A stretch of 54,015 nt of DNA, the filler included, from Jimgerdemannia flammicorona (taxonomy: Eukaryota), in assembly GCA_003990765.1 (NCBI GenBank). It is 3 parts of 3 records of this genome, joined end to end, with 100 filler letters (N's around TTAATTAATTAA, not from the genome) between each part and the next. Parts side by side here need not be neighbours in the genome. Positions count along the whole stretch, not along the records: positions 1 to 17,940 come from RBNJ01002356.1; 2 more parts are not named here. The stretch is one strand, 5' to 3'. The position numbers and the translations under genes are program-made. The notes beneath the pieces are model-generated. The model was not told the origin of the DNA. It did no database searches and saw only the letters and a list, made by a program, of their open reading frames with translations. Below are positions 1-11,475 of this stretch, one piece after another. The first letter of the stretch is position 1. Each line of letters begins with the position of its first letter.

Positions 1-878
1 AAAAAGAGAGTAGAAGATCATTTGGTGTGGATATCTTCCTAGTTGAAAAGCCTTTTCTTAGTGAGTTTCTTTCTTAGAGATAATAGGGATTATACTGGGT
101 CTTTCTTCTATATTCCAAGGATCATTGTCTTCAGGTGGTGTCCAGTAAGGGTCATCTCAGGAGATGAGTTTGGTGACTTCTTCTTCTCCAGATACTTCTT
201 GCTTGAGAATCTCTTATTTAGGGACTTCTTCTTCCTCAGATGATTCTTGACCCCAAATTGCTTGTACTTCTGTAGCTTCAGCTATAGGTGTTTCTAGAAT
301 ATGTTTGTATTTCTTCTTCTTTCTTCTATACTCTGGGCAGGCTGTGTCAGGCAAATTCCTTGTCCCAATGATCTTAGAGGAGTGCTCAGAGTACTTATGT
401 CTCTTAAGGCAGATAGGGCATCCTTTGATTTCTCTGCAATGACTCTGATGGTAATGGAGATAGTGTTCTTAGCCCATACATTGTATTCTGGTCTGTTATC
501 CACTAGATTGATCTGGGGATTGAGTCTGGGATCATTTCTATCTTTGGATTCTTCCTCTACTTCTATAGTAGATTCTTCACTACTGGTATATTTCTCCTAG
601 ATAGTGACCTTTTTCTTCTTCTTTGATTGCTCATAGCTGGTTATCTTAACTCTATACTTCCTGCCTCAGTAGTCAAACTTGAGTACTTATTAACTGATAT
701 CAATAACTGTGTTCATTTCCTTCATCTAGTTGGTGCTAAGAATTATGTCATAGGTAATAGCTTCAGTGATAATAGCTTTTGGAATGGAGAACTGGATATA
801 CATATCTTAGAGAGATAGTGATGTTTTGCACTTCTCTAAGGGGTTGAGTTTGGGCTCCATCTGCTACTATGATACTGA
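1..878 (-). pseudogene. Decayed LTR-retrotransposon pol fragment (C-terminal half of aspartic protease plus downstream spacer), cut off by the hAT left end
   Basis: Minus strand reads SIIVADGAQTQPLREVQNITI...AIITEAITYDIILSTN*MKKMNTVIDI. This resembles the ADG...YDIILGxDW half of gypsy-type proteases, with stops and frameshifts. CpG is depleted. Confidence 0.55.
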
Positions 879-939
879 TAGTGTTTTGAATAAGTCAATT
901 TGAATCAAATTCAGATTCAATTTATCACATAACAGTTTG

Positions 940-1270
940 ATCTGAATCTCAAATCTGAAGCCATCCAAATCAACTCAGATTAATCTGAATTACCCTATCT
1001 GAATCACCCCATCTGAACCACCCATCCAAATTATTCATCTGAATTACCCTATCTAAACCACCACATCCAAACCACTCAATCTAAATCACTCAATCTAAAT
1101 TACTCAATCCAAATTACTTAATCTGAATTACTCAATCCAAATCACTTCATCCAAATCACTCAATCCAAATTCTCCAATTCAAATCCTCCAATTCAAATCC
1201 TCCAATTCGAATTCTTCAATCTAAATCCTCATCTGAATCCTTCAACCAAATTCTCCAATCTGAATCCTCT
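940..1270. repeat. Left subterminal short-repeat array of outer hAT
   Basis: Tandem degenerate AATC(C/T)(G/A)AATC units, homologous to 1490-1780. Confidence 0.8.
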
Positions 1271-1489
1271 ATATAACTCATATGCTGGATGTATCTATAT
1301 ACACAATACATATATATATAAACATATATATGTATATGCAAACATGCAAACACACATATTGACAGATCAGTCTTCAATAGTTCACAGTACTGATATGTTT
1401 CAAGTCAAACATCCCTGATAGTTCCATATAGTGCTCTGAACGAGTCAATTCAAATCAAATCTGGATTCGATTTGTCACATAACAGTTTG

Positions 1490-1780
1490 ATCCAAATCTC
1501 AAATCCGAAGCCATCTGAATCAACTCAGATTAATCCGAATTGCCCCATCTGAATTGCCCCATCTGAATTGCCCCATCCAAATCACCCATCCAAACTACCC
1601 CAATCTGAATCACTCAATCCAAATCACTGAATCTGAATTACTCAATCTGAATCACTCAATCTGAATCACTCAATCCAAATCCTCCAATTCAAATCCTCCA
1701 ATTCGAATCCTCCAATTTGAAGCCTCCAATCTGAATCCTCATCTGAATCCTTCAACTGAATCCTTCAATCCAAATCCTCC
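1490..1780. repeat. Left subterminal short-repeat array of inner hAT (probable transposase-binding motifs)
   Basis: Repeated CTCAATC(C/T)(G/A)AATCA and CCTCCAATTCGAAT units of ~13-14 bp just inside the TIR, as is typical of hAT ends. Confidence 0.8.
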
Positions 1781-1791
1781 ACATGACTCAT

Positions 1792-4456
1792 ATGCCGGAT
1801 ATGTCCATAACATATTACACACACATGCATATACAATACATACACATGCACACACATATACATGTAAACACACAAACACATATGTTGACAGATCAGTCTT
1901 CAATAGTTCACAGTACTGATGATGCTTCAAGTCAAATATCCCTGATAGTTCCACACCTTCCACACAATCTTCACTCCAAAATCTGGCAACATTGTGCTAA
2001 GATAGGAGATGATGTTATTTGTAATTATTGCAGGTAAAAAATTAAGATGCACCTATTGACTTATTTGACACACACATGATATTGTTTCATCTACCCCCAT
2101 AAACTGTACCAGCCAGAAGTTCAAAATGCTTAGTGGTACAACCTCGAACATGAATCAACACATAAAAGACAAGCACTCTGACAAAATCAAAAAGAATATG
2201 GAGACAAATAAAATCGACATCCAAGCTGTGGTGGGTATGTTTATCTGATTGCCCAACTATTTCTATACCAACAATGCCATTTAATCAAAAATATTTAGCC
2301 ATACTCTTCAGCAGAATTTCGAAATCGGCTCATTCACTGGATTGTGTGCACAGACCAGCTATTCACAACCATCGAGAGTGATCAATTACATAGTATCTTT
2401 GGTCTCCTCAAGCATGATTTATATTTGCCAAGTACTGATACTATTCATAAAGATGTCCTGGAGGCCTATAGGAAGGAGCACAACAATCTTCGCCAGATAT
2501 TTCAGGTAAAATAAGGACAGCACTGTGACCTTTGCAAGCTGAATTATATAAAAGAGCTCACCAATTTAACCTTACATTTAATAAGCAGAATTCAGCAGGC
2601 AAAATTTCATTTACGATCAATACATGGACATCCCCCAATGCAATTTCATTTCTGGGCATTACCAGTCATTGGATTGACCTCGATTAGTAGCTTAAATCTC
2701 TCATCCTTGACTTCATCAAACTTGCTGGCCCTCATTCTGGAGACAATATCGCAGATACTTTTATTAGTTATATTTGAGAGCTTGGGATCACAACCAAGGT
2801 AAAAAAAGGGGGGCTTGCCATCAGGTCAGCATTTTGAGGGAGGTCCTTAAACAGAACAGATTTTGTTGGTTATTTATTTTCACATAATTTGCCAACTGAA
2901 TATTTCAAGTACAGATTTTGGCTATTATGACAGACAATGCCACAAATAACTCAACATTTTTCCAAGCTTTAGCAGTCAGCCTCAAACAGGAAAACATGGC
3001 CTTCGGTGCAGAAAGCTGCTGTGTATGATGTTAGGCCCATGTACTGAACCTCACTATTCAGGACTATCTTATGCATGTAGACAAAACATCCAAGAGAGGA
3101 GGGGCCCTGAGTATAATTTCCAAGCTACGCAAACTGGTTGTGTCAGTCCAATCATCCCTACAATGATGAGACAAATTCGCTGTGCAGTGTAGGGCAATCA
3201 TTTTGGCCCCAAAAGAGCTTATATTAGATGTCTGTATGCATTGGAACTCAACATTTACAATGATCCAGCATGTGCTGGAGTTTGCTGTAGTATGTATCTT
3301 TTTTTTCTTCAGTTAGCTGAAGCAACTGTTTCGGATGATGGAAGATTTATTTTAAAAAATTAAAAAAAAAAAAAAGCCAATAGATTCAATGATGGCTGCC
3401 AACAAGGAAATACAGGCCGAGGCTCTAAGTGAAAGTGAGTGGGACGTACTTAGGAATGTTATCAGAGTTTTGAAAGTAAGTGGTGGTTGCTCTGGCTCCA
3501 CACTCATTTTGTCTACCTTCACATAATGCAACACCTCACTACATATAACTGCTAGTGTTTCGATGATTGTATGAAGGATATAGTCAAAAAAATGATCCCA
3601 ACAATAAGCTCTGCGATATCAGTATACAACCTTCTGATTGACTGGCTAGAGGACAAGCTCAAGGACAGGCTGGAGGGTTGCAGTGATTTATAGTTAAGCT
3701 CAGATCAGAGAGACACCATGGAGGTTGCTCTAAGCAAGCTCAAGAAATACTACTCTCAAACAGATACTGCCATATACTCAATCAGTACAGATATGTCAAT
3801 GTCAGCATATGGCTATTGTCTCTTCCAAAACAGAGGAAACCCCGCAAAAACTCACTCTCCTTTTCTTCAAACAGTGCTGGACCCATGCTTAAAGCTATAA
3901 TACTATAAAGATCAGGGCTGAGAGCAGCACTTCATTGAGAGAACCAAGCAGGCCATAATCGAAGTGTACTGGAAAAACTACACACTGCCACAAGGTTCCA
4001 GCTGAAGTCTGGACAAATATGCCAAGGGTTCCCTCCTGTCCCACATTTACTTCAGCAGAAAGAGGAAGAGGGAGCCATCAGTGGAAGAGCTGCTGTCAAT
4101 AGACAAACTCACCATTTACCTCACCAGCGACCATGTGATCCTGCTGGAGGGCACGGAGGTGCTCAACTGGTAGAAGGTGGATTGTTAGGTAGGCATTGTC
4201 AGGTGGGTATTGGGCCAATTTAACCCACCAATCTAACCACCACTCTACCCACCAGAGTATGCAGCTGCATCAAACAGACTTCCCCAGCCTGTGTGGTATG
4301 GCTCAAGACTACCTGGCAATTCCTGTCTCTAGTGCTCCTGTTGAGTGGGTGTTCTCAGGTAGGGTGGATCTCGTTACCCCAAAGAGGTGTGTGCTGAATG
4401 CTGAGACAATTCGGGCATGTATGTGTCTGAAGTCTTGGTGGGGCTCAGGCCACTAA
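1792..4456 (+). pseudogene. hAT-family transposase, multi-intron, inactivated
   Basis: BED finger KIWQH..DVICNYC...GTTSNMNQHIKDKH. Catalytic-core motifs KISFTI(N)TWTSPN..FLGITSHWID, ILAIMTDNATNN and C*AHVLNL. C-terminal dimerisation domain FPSLCGMAQDYLAIPVSSAPVEWVFS...RCVLNAETIRACMCLKSW (ORF 4196-4456). Several in-frame stops. The start codon is approximate. Confidence 0.93.
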
Positions 4457-4569
4457 AATTCAGTGGGTCCGCAGATAAGTTGGTTGGCCTTGTGGAATAT
4501 TTAATACCTTTCAAATTAATACCTTTCAAAATAATAAAAAAGGAAAAAAAAACCTGAGGACTCAGCCCA

Positions 4570-5050
4570 GAGTTTGCAGCCCAAGTGGGGTGGAGTTGGT
4601 GGCAGTGGCAGAGAGAGTACACAATATTTGTGGCCCTCAGCCAGCAGCAAGGGGCAGCCCCAAGCTGCCAGTGCCCAGGTTGGTGGGTGGGTCAGTGGGT
4701 CAGCAGAGGGAGTATGCAAAATTTGTAGCTCTCTGCCAGTAGCAAGGGGCAGCCCCAAGCTGCAAGTGTCCAGGTCAGGGGGGTAGGTAGAGGGAGCATA
4801 CAAAATTTGTGGCCCTCTGCCAGCAGCAAGGGGCAGCCCTAAGCTATCAGTGCCCAGATCAGTGGGTGAGGTCAGTTGGCAGGTTGGTGGGCATGGAGTT
4901 GGCAGAGAGAGCATGCAAAATTTGCGGCCCTCTACCAGCAGCAAGGGGCAGCCCCAAGCTGCAAGTGTCCAGGACAGATGGGGCAGGTGGAGAGAGTGTA
5001 CAAAATTTGTAGCCCTCCACCAGCGGCATAGGGGCAGCCCCAAGCCACCA
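4570..5050. repeat. Internal array of ~5 units with a conserved ~60-bp core and variable G-rich spacers
   Basis: Core approximates GCAGAGAGAGCATGCAAAATTTGTGGCCCTCTGCCAGCAGCAAGGGGCAGCCCCAAGCTGC and recurs near 4607, 4702, 4787, 4901 and 4988. Confidence 0.85.
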
Positions 5051-5326
5051 AGGAGTCTGGGGCAGAGGGTGCTTCTGGCAGTCAGAGGGCGTTTCTGGTG
5101 GTCGAAGTTGCCAGTTTGGGTCCCACAGGCACTCTGGCCCTGTGCTACAGCACCGTACCAGTGGCACTACAGAGCAGAGCCAAGGGGCTGGTAGGGCCCT
5201 GCATAATGGCTAAGCTAGTGCTACATAAGAGGCATCTGGCCCATATAAGACTGCCCAACCTACACAAAATGGCTGCCTAATCCATACAAAATGGCTGCCT
5301 AACCCTCACAAAAGATTGCCTAACCC

Positions 5327-7549
5327 TCACAAAAACTGCTCCACCTACCAGTCCCAGGCCTTGATGAGTCTATCATCCATTGTGAGTGCGATAACTGTTG
5401 TATCTGAGCTCTCCTCGAAGGCGACAGTGCTATGGTGATCATGTGGTTGGAATAGAACAGCCTTGTTGGCTGCAAATGGGACCCCGAAACCATAGGTGAG
5501 GTTGTACCAGACTCCACCACTGTCCTCTCAGGTTGGGCCCTTCCTTTCTGGGACATAAAACATTACTGAGGTGACATTGTTGTCTGTGTATATGGGTAGA
5601 GAAAGGTTGTACCTGATGTATCCTGATGTGACGTGAGCATACAGTTGGGTGAACCCTTGGCCCAGGACTTCATACTGCTAGGTTGTGCTGGTGGACACCT
5701 GCCCTTGGTCCAGCCCCGGGAGCTCCAGCTTGGAAATCTGCCGAAATGGACAGCAACCGGTCAGTCCTTTTTACATGCAGGGGGGCAGAAACCCCCCAGG
5801 CTGCAGCACTCCAAAAAGCGGAGCTCCTCACCTCATATGGTACACTAAATTGCACCAAGAATGTATGTATAGCTACGCTGAGATCACCACCAAGCTGGCC
5901 TGCCATATGCTCTACCAATTTGCTCAAAGAACCCCAGATCATAGCCACCATCACCGCACAGGCCATGTTGTGCTCACATGCAGTTTGCTCTTCAACAGCA
6001 CTTCTAAAGTTCCAGTAGGAGTACAGAATCTTGTGCATCCCTGGAATTGTATCAAAAAGAGTATGTCAGTAAAGAGTGTGATTTATCTGGAGAGGAGTTA
6101 AAAAAAAAGAGAGATGAGTGTGGGAGATTTTGGAACTCTGGAACCCACCCTTCGCCAGTATTGCAGTATACCCAATTCCTGTCCAAACTCCCCCTCCTTG
6201 CTTTTTTTGCCCCCTCTTTTCTGCCACCCAGTATTTGATGCAATCCTTGCAAATCTCATTGATGTAGTGGTGAAGCTCATCGCCATAGAGGTTCCTTACC
6301 ACCATCACAACCACCTCTCTGCATTTGTTAATAAAGATATGGTTCTCTTCATCATTGGTTACTCCTGCTGGCCAATGGACCCCTTGGTCAAGTATGATTA
6401 GCTCCAATTCAAATGTAGACCCCCAAGCCTTAATGACAATGCTGGTACTGCTCATGCTAAACATCTTGCCCTCGAATTTCTCTATTTGATCAGATGCTGG
6501 ACATGGTTGAACTTGGGTAACTTTGAACTCTCCTTTCCAATGGAACTGAGCCCTGATCTGAGGGACCGAGATAAGTATGTAGATGGGTTGCATGCAAATG
6601 GATTGTGTGTAGGCAGGTTGCATGTAGGCGGGTTGCATGCAGACAGGTTGCATGCGGGCAGGTTGTGGGCAGGTTGCATGCAGGCAGGTTGCATGCAGGC
6701 AGGTTATATGTGGGCAGGTTGCATATGGGTGGGTTGCATGCAGGCGGGTTGCATGCAGGTGGGTTGTGTGTGGGTGGGTTGCATGTGGGTGGGTTGTATG
6801 CAGGTATAGGTGTTTTTTAGAGGGAGACTACATAAAAATGAAATTAAATAAAACATGGAGATGGGTATTTCAGAAAAAGAGTATGAGTGAGTGAGTGAGT
6901 GAGCTGCATGCTGACAAGTTGCATACTGATGAGTTGTATGCTGACAAGTTATATGAGTTGCACAAGATTGCTCACGAAGGCTTGCTTCTGTTCCTTTTGA
7001 GACCTCCACCATGCAATGTATTGACTCAACAGCTCAGCCACCAAAGGCATGCCCCACAATGTCTGCCAGCCTTTCTTCATTTTGATCAGATATTGCAAAT
7101 AAAGTTGGCAGATCTCGCCATAGAGCTGTGGACCCTAAGAAAAGCATGAGGTGAATTGAGTTGTGCTGGAGAAGTTTAAATAAACACAAGTAAACAAGTG
7201 GCAGCTGAGTGAGCAACCTACATCTACTATCAGCTGCTCCAAAAAGGCTGCCACATATAGCTGTGAGGTCTGTGAATTCCAAGGTCTGAAGGGCCACTAT
7301 GAGTTGTTGCCAGAATTCTCCCTCATTCTCACCATTGCCATTGCCATCACTACTGCCACCACCACTGCCATTGTCCCTTTGGCTCTCGATGAGCAGCTTG
7401 TGTGCTGTCCATATGAGAAAGAATCTAACATGGTCAGCAGAGAGTGCATTTCCACCTCAAATACTCCCTCTTTTGATGATCATTGCAGGGTGAAAAATGA
7501 GTAGACTGGACCAATGTACAAATTAAGGGCTGCTGTTTTGTTTGCTCAT
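5327..7549 (-). pseudogene. hAT cargo gene, spliced; C-terminal exon resembles a TET/JBP-type 2OG-Fe(II) dioxygenase
   Basis: ATG at 7549 (MSKQNSSP..), with exon-like blocks separated by repeat or poly-pyrimidine introns. The last exon follows a CTGAC...CAG acceptor at 5738 and reads ISKLELPGLDQGQVSTSTT*QYEVLGQGFTQLYAHVTSGYIRYNLSLPIYTDNNVTSVMFYVPERKGPT*EDSGGVWYNLTYGFGVPFAANKAVLFQPHDHHSTVAFEESSDTTVIALTMDDRLIKAWDW*. The true stop is uncertain (5345 or 5327). Family call is by motif recognition only. Confidence 0.6.
6575..6810. repeat. 15-bp tandem repeat inside an intron of the cargo gene
   Basis: Units resemble GGGTTGCATGCGGGC / AGGTTGCATGCAGGC. A shorter homologous array lies at ~12740-12875. 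Confidence 0.85.
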
Positions 7550-7713
7550 GATGCGGCAGGAAAGAACAAAGAAAAAGAACAAAGAAAAAGAACAAAAAAA
7601 AGAACAAAAGAAGAGAGGGAGCAAAAGGAAAGGGTGATGTCACTAAAGTGTGGCAGGAAAAAAAAATCAAGAGCAAAATAAACAAAAGAAAGGGTGATGT
7701 CACTAAAGATTTC

Positions 7714-7860
7714 AATCCAGATGGATCAATCCAGATGGACCAATCCGGATGGACCAATCTGGATAGACCAATCTGGATGGACCAATCTGGATGGACCAAT
7801 CTGGATCAATCCAGATGGATCAATCTGGATGGATCAATCTGGATCAATCCAGATCAGATC
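7714..7860. repeat. Right subterminal repeat array of inner hAT
   Basis: Tandem CAATC(C/T)(G/A)GATGGAC 14-bp units. The array is much shorter in the outer copy (~13775-13830). Confidence 0.85.
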
Positions 7861-7957
7861 ATGAGACCAATTCGAGTTGATTTGAATCTATCACATGATG
7901 AATCTGAATTGAATCTCATCCAGATCAACTCCATCCATTTGGAGCACTAGTTCCACA

Positions 7958-10460
7958 TCTTCTATGCAATTCTTGCTCTGAAATCTGGCAATATTGTACT
8001 AAGACAGGAGATGATATTATTTGTAACTATTACAGATAAAAAATTAAAATGCACTTATTGATATAACTGATACTTTTGTTTGATATACACATGATACTAT
8101 TTCATCCATCTTTATAAACTACATCAGCCAGAAGTTCAAAATGCTTGGTGGTATGACTTTGAATATACATATATTGACATATAAAAGACAAGTACTCTGA
8201 CAAAAATCAAAAAGAATACAGAGATAAATAAAATCGACATCCAAGCTATAGTGGGTACATTTATCCAAATTGCCTAACTATTTCTATACCAACAATCCCA
8301 TTTAATCAAAAATATTTAGCCACACTCTTTGGCAGAATTTTGAAATCAGCTCATTCACTAGATTATATATACAGACCAACCATTTACAACCATTAAGAGT
8401 GATTAATTACATAGCATCTTTGGCCTCCTCAAGCATGATTTATATTTGCTAAGTACTGATACTATTCGCAAAGATATCCTGGAGGCCTATAGAAAGGAGT
8501 ATGATAATCTCTACCAGATACTTCAGGTAAAATAAGGGCAGCACCATGACCTTTGCAAGCTGAATTATATATATTTTTTTATAAAGAGCTCACCAATTTA
8601 ACCTTATATTCAATAAGCAGAATTCAGTAGGCAAAATTTCATTTAGATTGATACATGGATATCCCCCAATGTAATTTCATTTCTGAGCATTACCAGTCAT
8701 TGAATTGACCTCAATTAGTAGCTTAAATCTCTCACCCTTGACTTTGTCAAACTTGCTGGTCCTCATTCTGGAGACAACATCACAGATGCTTTTATTAGTT
8801 GTATCCAGAAGCTTGGGGTCACAACTAAGGTAAAAAAGAAGGGCTTGCTATCAGATTGGTATTTTGAGAAAGGTCCTAAAACAAAACAGATTTTATTGGT
8901 TATTTATTTTCACATAAATTTGCCAACTGAATATTTCAAGTATAGATTTTGGTCATTATGATGGATAATGCTACAAACAACTCAACATTTTTCTAAGTTT
9001 TAGCAGCTAGCCTCACATAGGAAATTGTGGTCTTCAGTACAGAAAGCTGCTATATACAATATCAGACCCATATACTGAACCTCACTGTTTAGAACTATCT
9101 TATATATATAGACAAAGCATCCAAGAGAGGAGGGGCCCTGAGTATAATTTCCAAGCTATGCAAACTGGTTGTGTCAGTCTGATCATTTCTATAATGACAA
9201 GACAAATTTGCTACACAGTGTAGAGCAATCAGTTTAGCCCCAATTGGATGTCTGAATATGTTAGAACTCAATATTTGCAATGATCTAGTATGCACTAGAG
9301 TTTGCTGTAGTATGTATTCTTTTTTTCTTCAGTCAGCTAAAGCAACTTATTTTGGATGATTGAAGATTTTTTTTTTTTAAAAAAAAAATAACAAAAAAAG
9401 CCAATAGATTCAACAGTAGTTGCTGACAAGGAAATACAGAACAAGGCTCTAGGTGAAAGTGAGTGGGACATACTTAGGAATGTTGTCAGAGTTTTGGAAT
9501 TAAGTAGTAATTGCTCTGACTCAAAACTTGTTTTGTCTACCTCCACACAATATAATATCTTATCACATATAACTGCCAGTGTTTTGATAATTATATGAAG
9601 GATATAGTCAAACAAATGACTCTGATAATAAGCTCTGTAATACTAGTATATAACCTTCTGATTGACCAGCTAGAGGACAAGCTCAAGGACAGACTAGAGG
9701 GTTATGGTAATTTATAGTTAAGCCTGGATCAGAGAGATGCCATAGAGGTTGCTCTATGCAAGCTTAGAAAATACTACTTCAAAACAGATACTGCTATATA
9801 CTCAATTAGTATAGATATGTCAGCATGTGGCTGTTGCTCCTTCCAAAACAGAGAAATCCCTACAAAAACTCACTCTCTTTTCTCTAAACAGTGCTGGACC
9901 TATGCTTAAAGCTACAATATCATAAAGATCAGAACTGAGAGCAGTACTTTATTGAGAGAACCAAGCAGGCCATAATTGAAGTATACTGGAAAAACTATAT
10001 ACTACCACAAAGTTCCAGCCAAAGTCCAGACAAATATGCTGAGGGATTCCTCCTATCCTATATTTACTTCAGCAGAAAGAAGAAGAGAGAGCTATTAGTA
10101 GAAGAGCTGCTATTAATAAATGAACTTACTATTTACCTCACCAGTGACTGTATAATCCTGCTGGAGGGTGCAGATGTGCTCAACTGGTAGAAGGTAGGTT
10201 GTCAGATAGATATTGGACCAATTTAACCCATCAATCTAACCACTACTCTTACTTACTAGAGCATGCAGCTATATCAAATGGACTTCCCCAGCCTATATAG
10301 TATGGCTCAAAACTATCTGGCAATTCTTGCCTCCAATGCTTCTGTTGAGCAGGTGTTCTCAGGTGGGGTAGACCTTATTGCCCCAAAGAGGTGTATGCTG
10401 AATACTGAGACAATTCAGATATATATATGTCTAAAGTCTTGGTGGGGCTTAGGTCACTAA
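7958..10460 (+). pseudogene. hAT transposase of the outer copy (its 5' piece is at 1282-1428)
   Basis: Colinear with 1956-4456. Includes the dimerisation-domain ORF 10263-10460, FPSLYSMAQNYLAILASNASVEQVFSGGVDLIAPKRCMLNTETIQIYICLKSW. Confidence 0.9.
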
Positions 10461-10569
10461 AATTTGATGAGTACTGAGGGTTTGCAGATAAGTTGGTTGG
10501 CCTTGTGGAATATTTAATACCTTTCAAAAATAAAAGGAAAAAAAACCTAAGGACTTGATCTAGAGTTTG

Positions 10570-11135
10570 CAGCCCAAGTGAGATAGTAGTCAGCAGAGTT
10601 GGTAGTGGTGGCAGAGGGAGTATACAAAATTTATAACCCTCCACTAGCAGCAAGAGGCAGCCCCAAGCTATCAGTGCCTAGGTTGGTAGGCAGGTCAGTG
10701 GGTGGGTCAGTGGGCAGATCAGTAGGCAGATCAGTGGGCATAGAGTTGATAGAGGGAGCATGCAAAATTTGTGGCCCTTTGCTGGCAGCAAGAGGCAGCC
10801 CCAAGCTGCAAGTGTCCAGGACAGAGTATTGGTGGGGGGGGGTAGGTGGAAGGAGTATGCAAAATTTGTGGCCCTCCACTAGTAGCAAGAGGTAGCCCCA
10901 AGCTATCAGTGTCCAGGTCAGTGAGCAGGGTTGGTTGGCAGAGTTGGTTGGTAGGGTTGGTTGACAGGGTCAGTAGGTGTGGGGTCAGCAGAGAGAGTAT
11001 GCAAAATTTGCAGCTCTCCACTGACAGCAAGAGGCAGCTCCAAGCTATAAGTATCTGAGATAGGTGAGATAGGTAGAGAGAGTATGCAAAATTTGCAATC
11101 CTCTACCAGCAACATAGGGGCAGCCCCAAGCCATC
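10570..11135. repeat. Internal ~60-bp-core repeat array of outer hAT
   Basis: Same CAAAATTTG...GGCAGCCCCAAGCT core as 4570-5050, about 5 units, with different spacer lengths. Confidence 0.85.
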
Positions 11136-11475
11136 AAGGAGTCTGAGTTCAGGTTAGAGGGTACTTCTAGTGGTTGAAGAGTACTTCTGGCAATCAGAGG
11201 GCATTTCCAGCAGTCAAAGGGTACTTCTGATGGTTGGAGTCTACTACAGATTCAGGTCTTGTAGGCACCCTGGCCCTGCATCACAGCATTACACCAGTGG
11301 CACTGTAGAGTAGAGCCAAGAGGCTGATAGGGCCCAGCATAATGGCTAAACTAGTACTATAGAAGAGGCACCCAGCTGTCAGCCCAATCTGTACAAAATG
11401 ACTGCTGAACTCTCACAAAAGACTGTTTAACCCTTACAAAAGATTGCCTAACCCTCATGATAGATTGCCTAACTC

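Larger units (their letters stand above)
1429..7949 (+). mobile_element. hAT DNA transposon, inner copy (~6.5 kb), with TIRs and 8-bp TSD
   Basis: TIRs are TAGTGCTCTGAACG (1429) and the reverse complement TAGTGCTCCAAATG (ending 7949); both are consistent with CpG decay of TAGTGCTCCGAACG. Flanks are GTTCCATA (1421-1428) and GTTCCACA (7950-7957). It contains a hAT transposase pseudogene. Confidence 0.93.

Noticed and set aside
879..1990. Apparent 550-bp tandem duplication
   Set aside because: Explained by two hAT left ends from the nested insertion.
4570..5050. CRISPR-like repeat/spacer appearance
   Set aside because: Eukaryotic transposon interior, degenerate ~60-bp cores, low-complexity related spacers and no cas genes.
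6486..7012. Cys/Met/His-rich repeat ORFs (AGCMQ, MQPTH)
   Set aside because: Translations of the 15-bp intronic tandem repeat.
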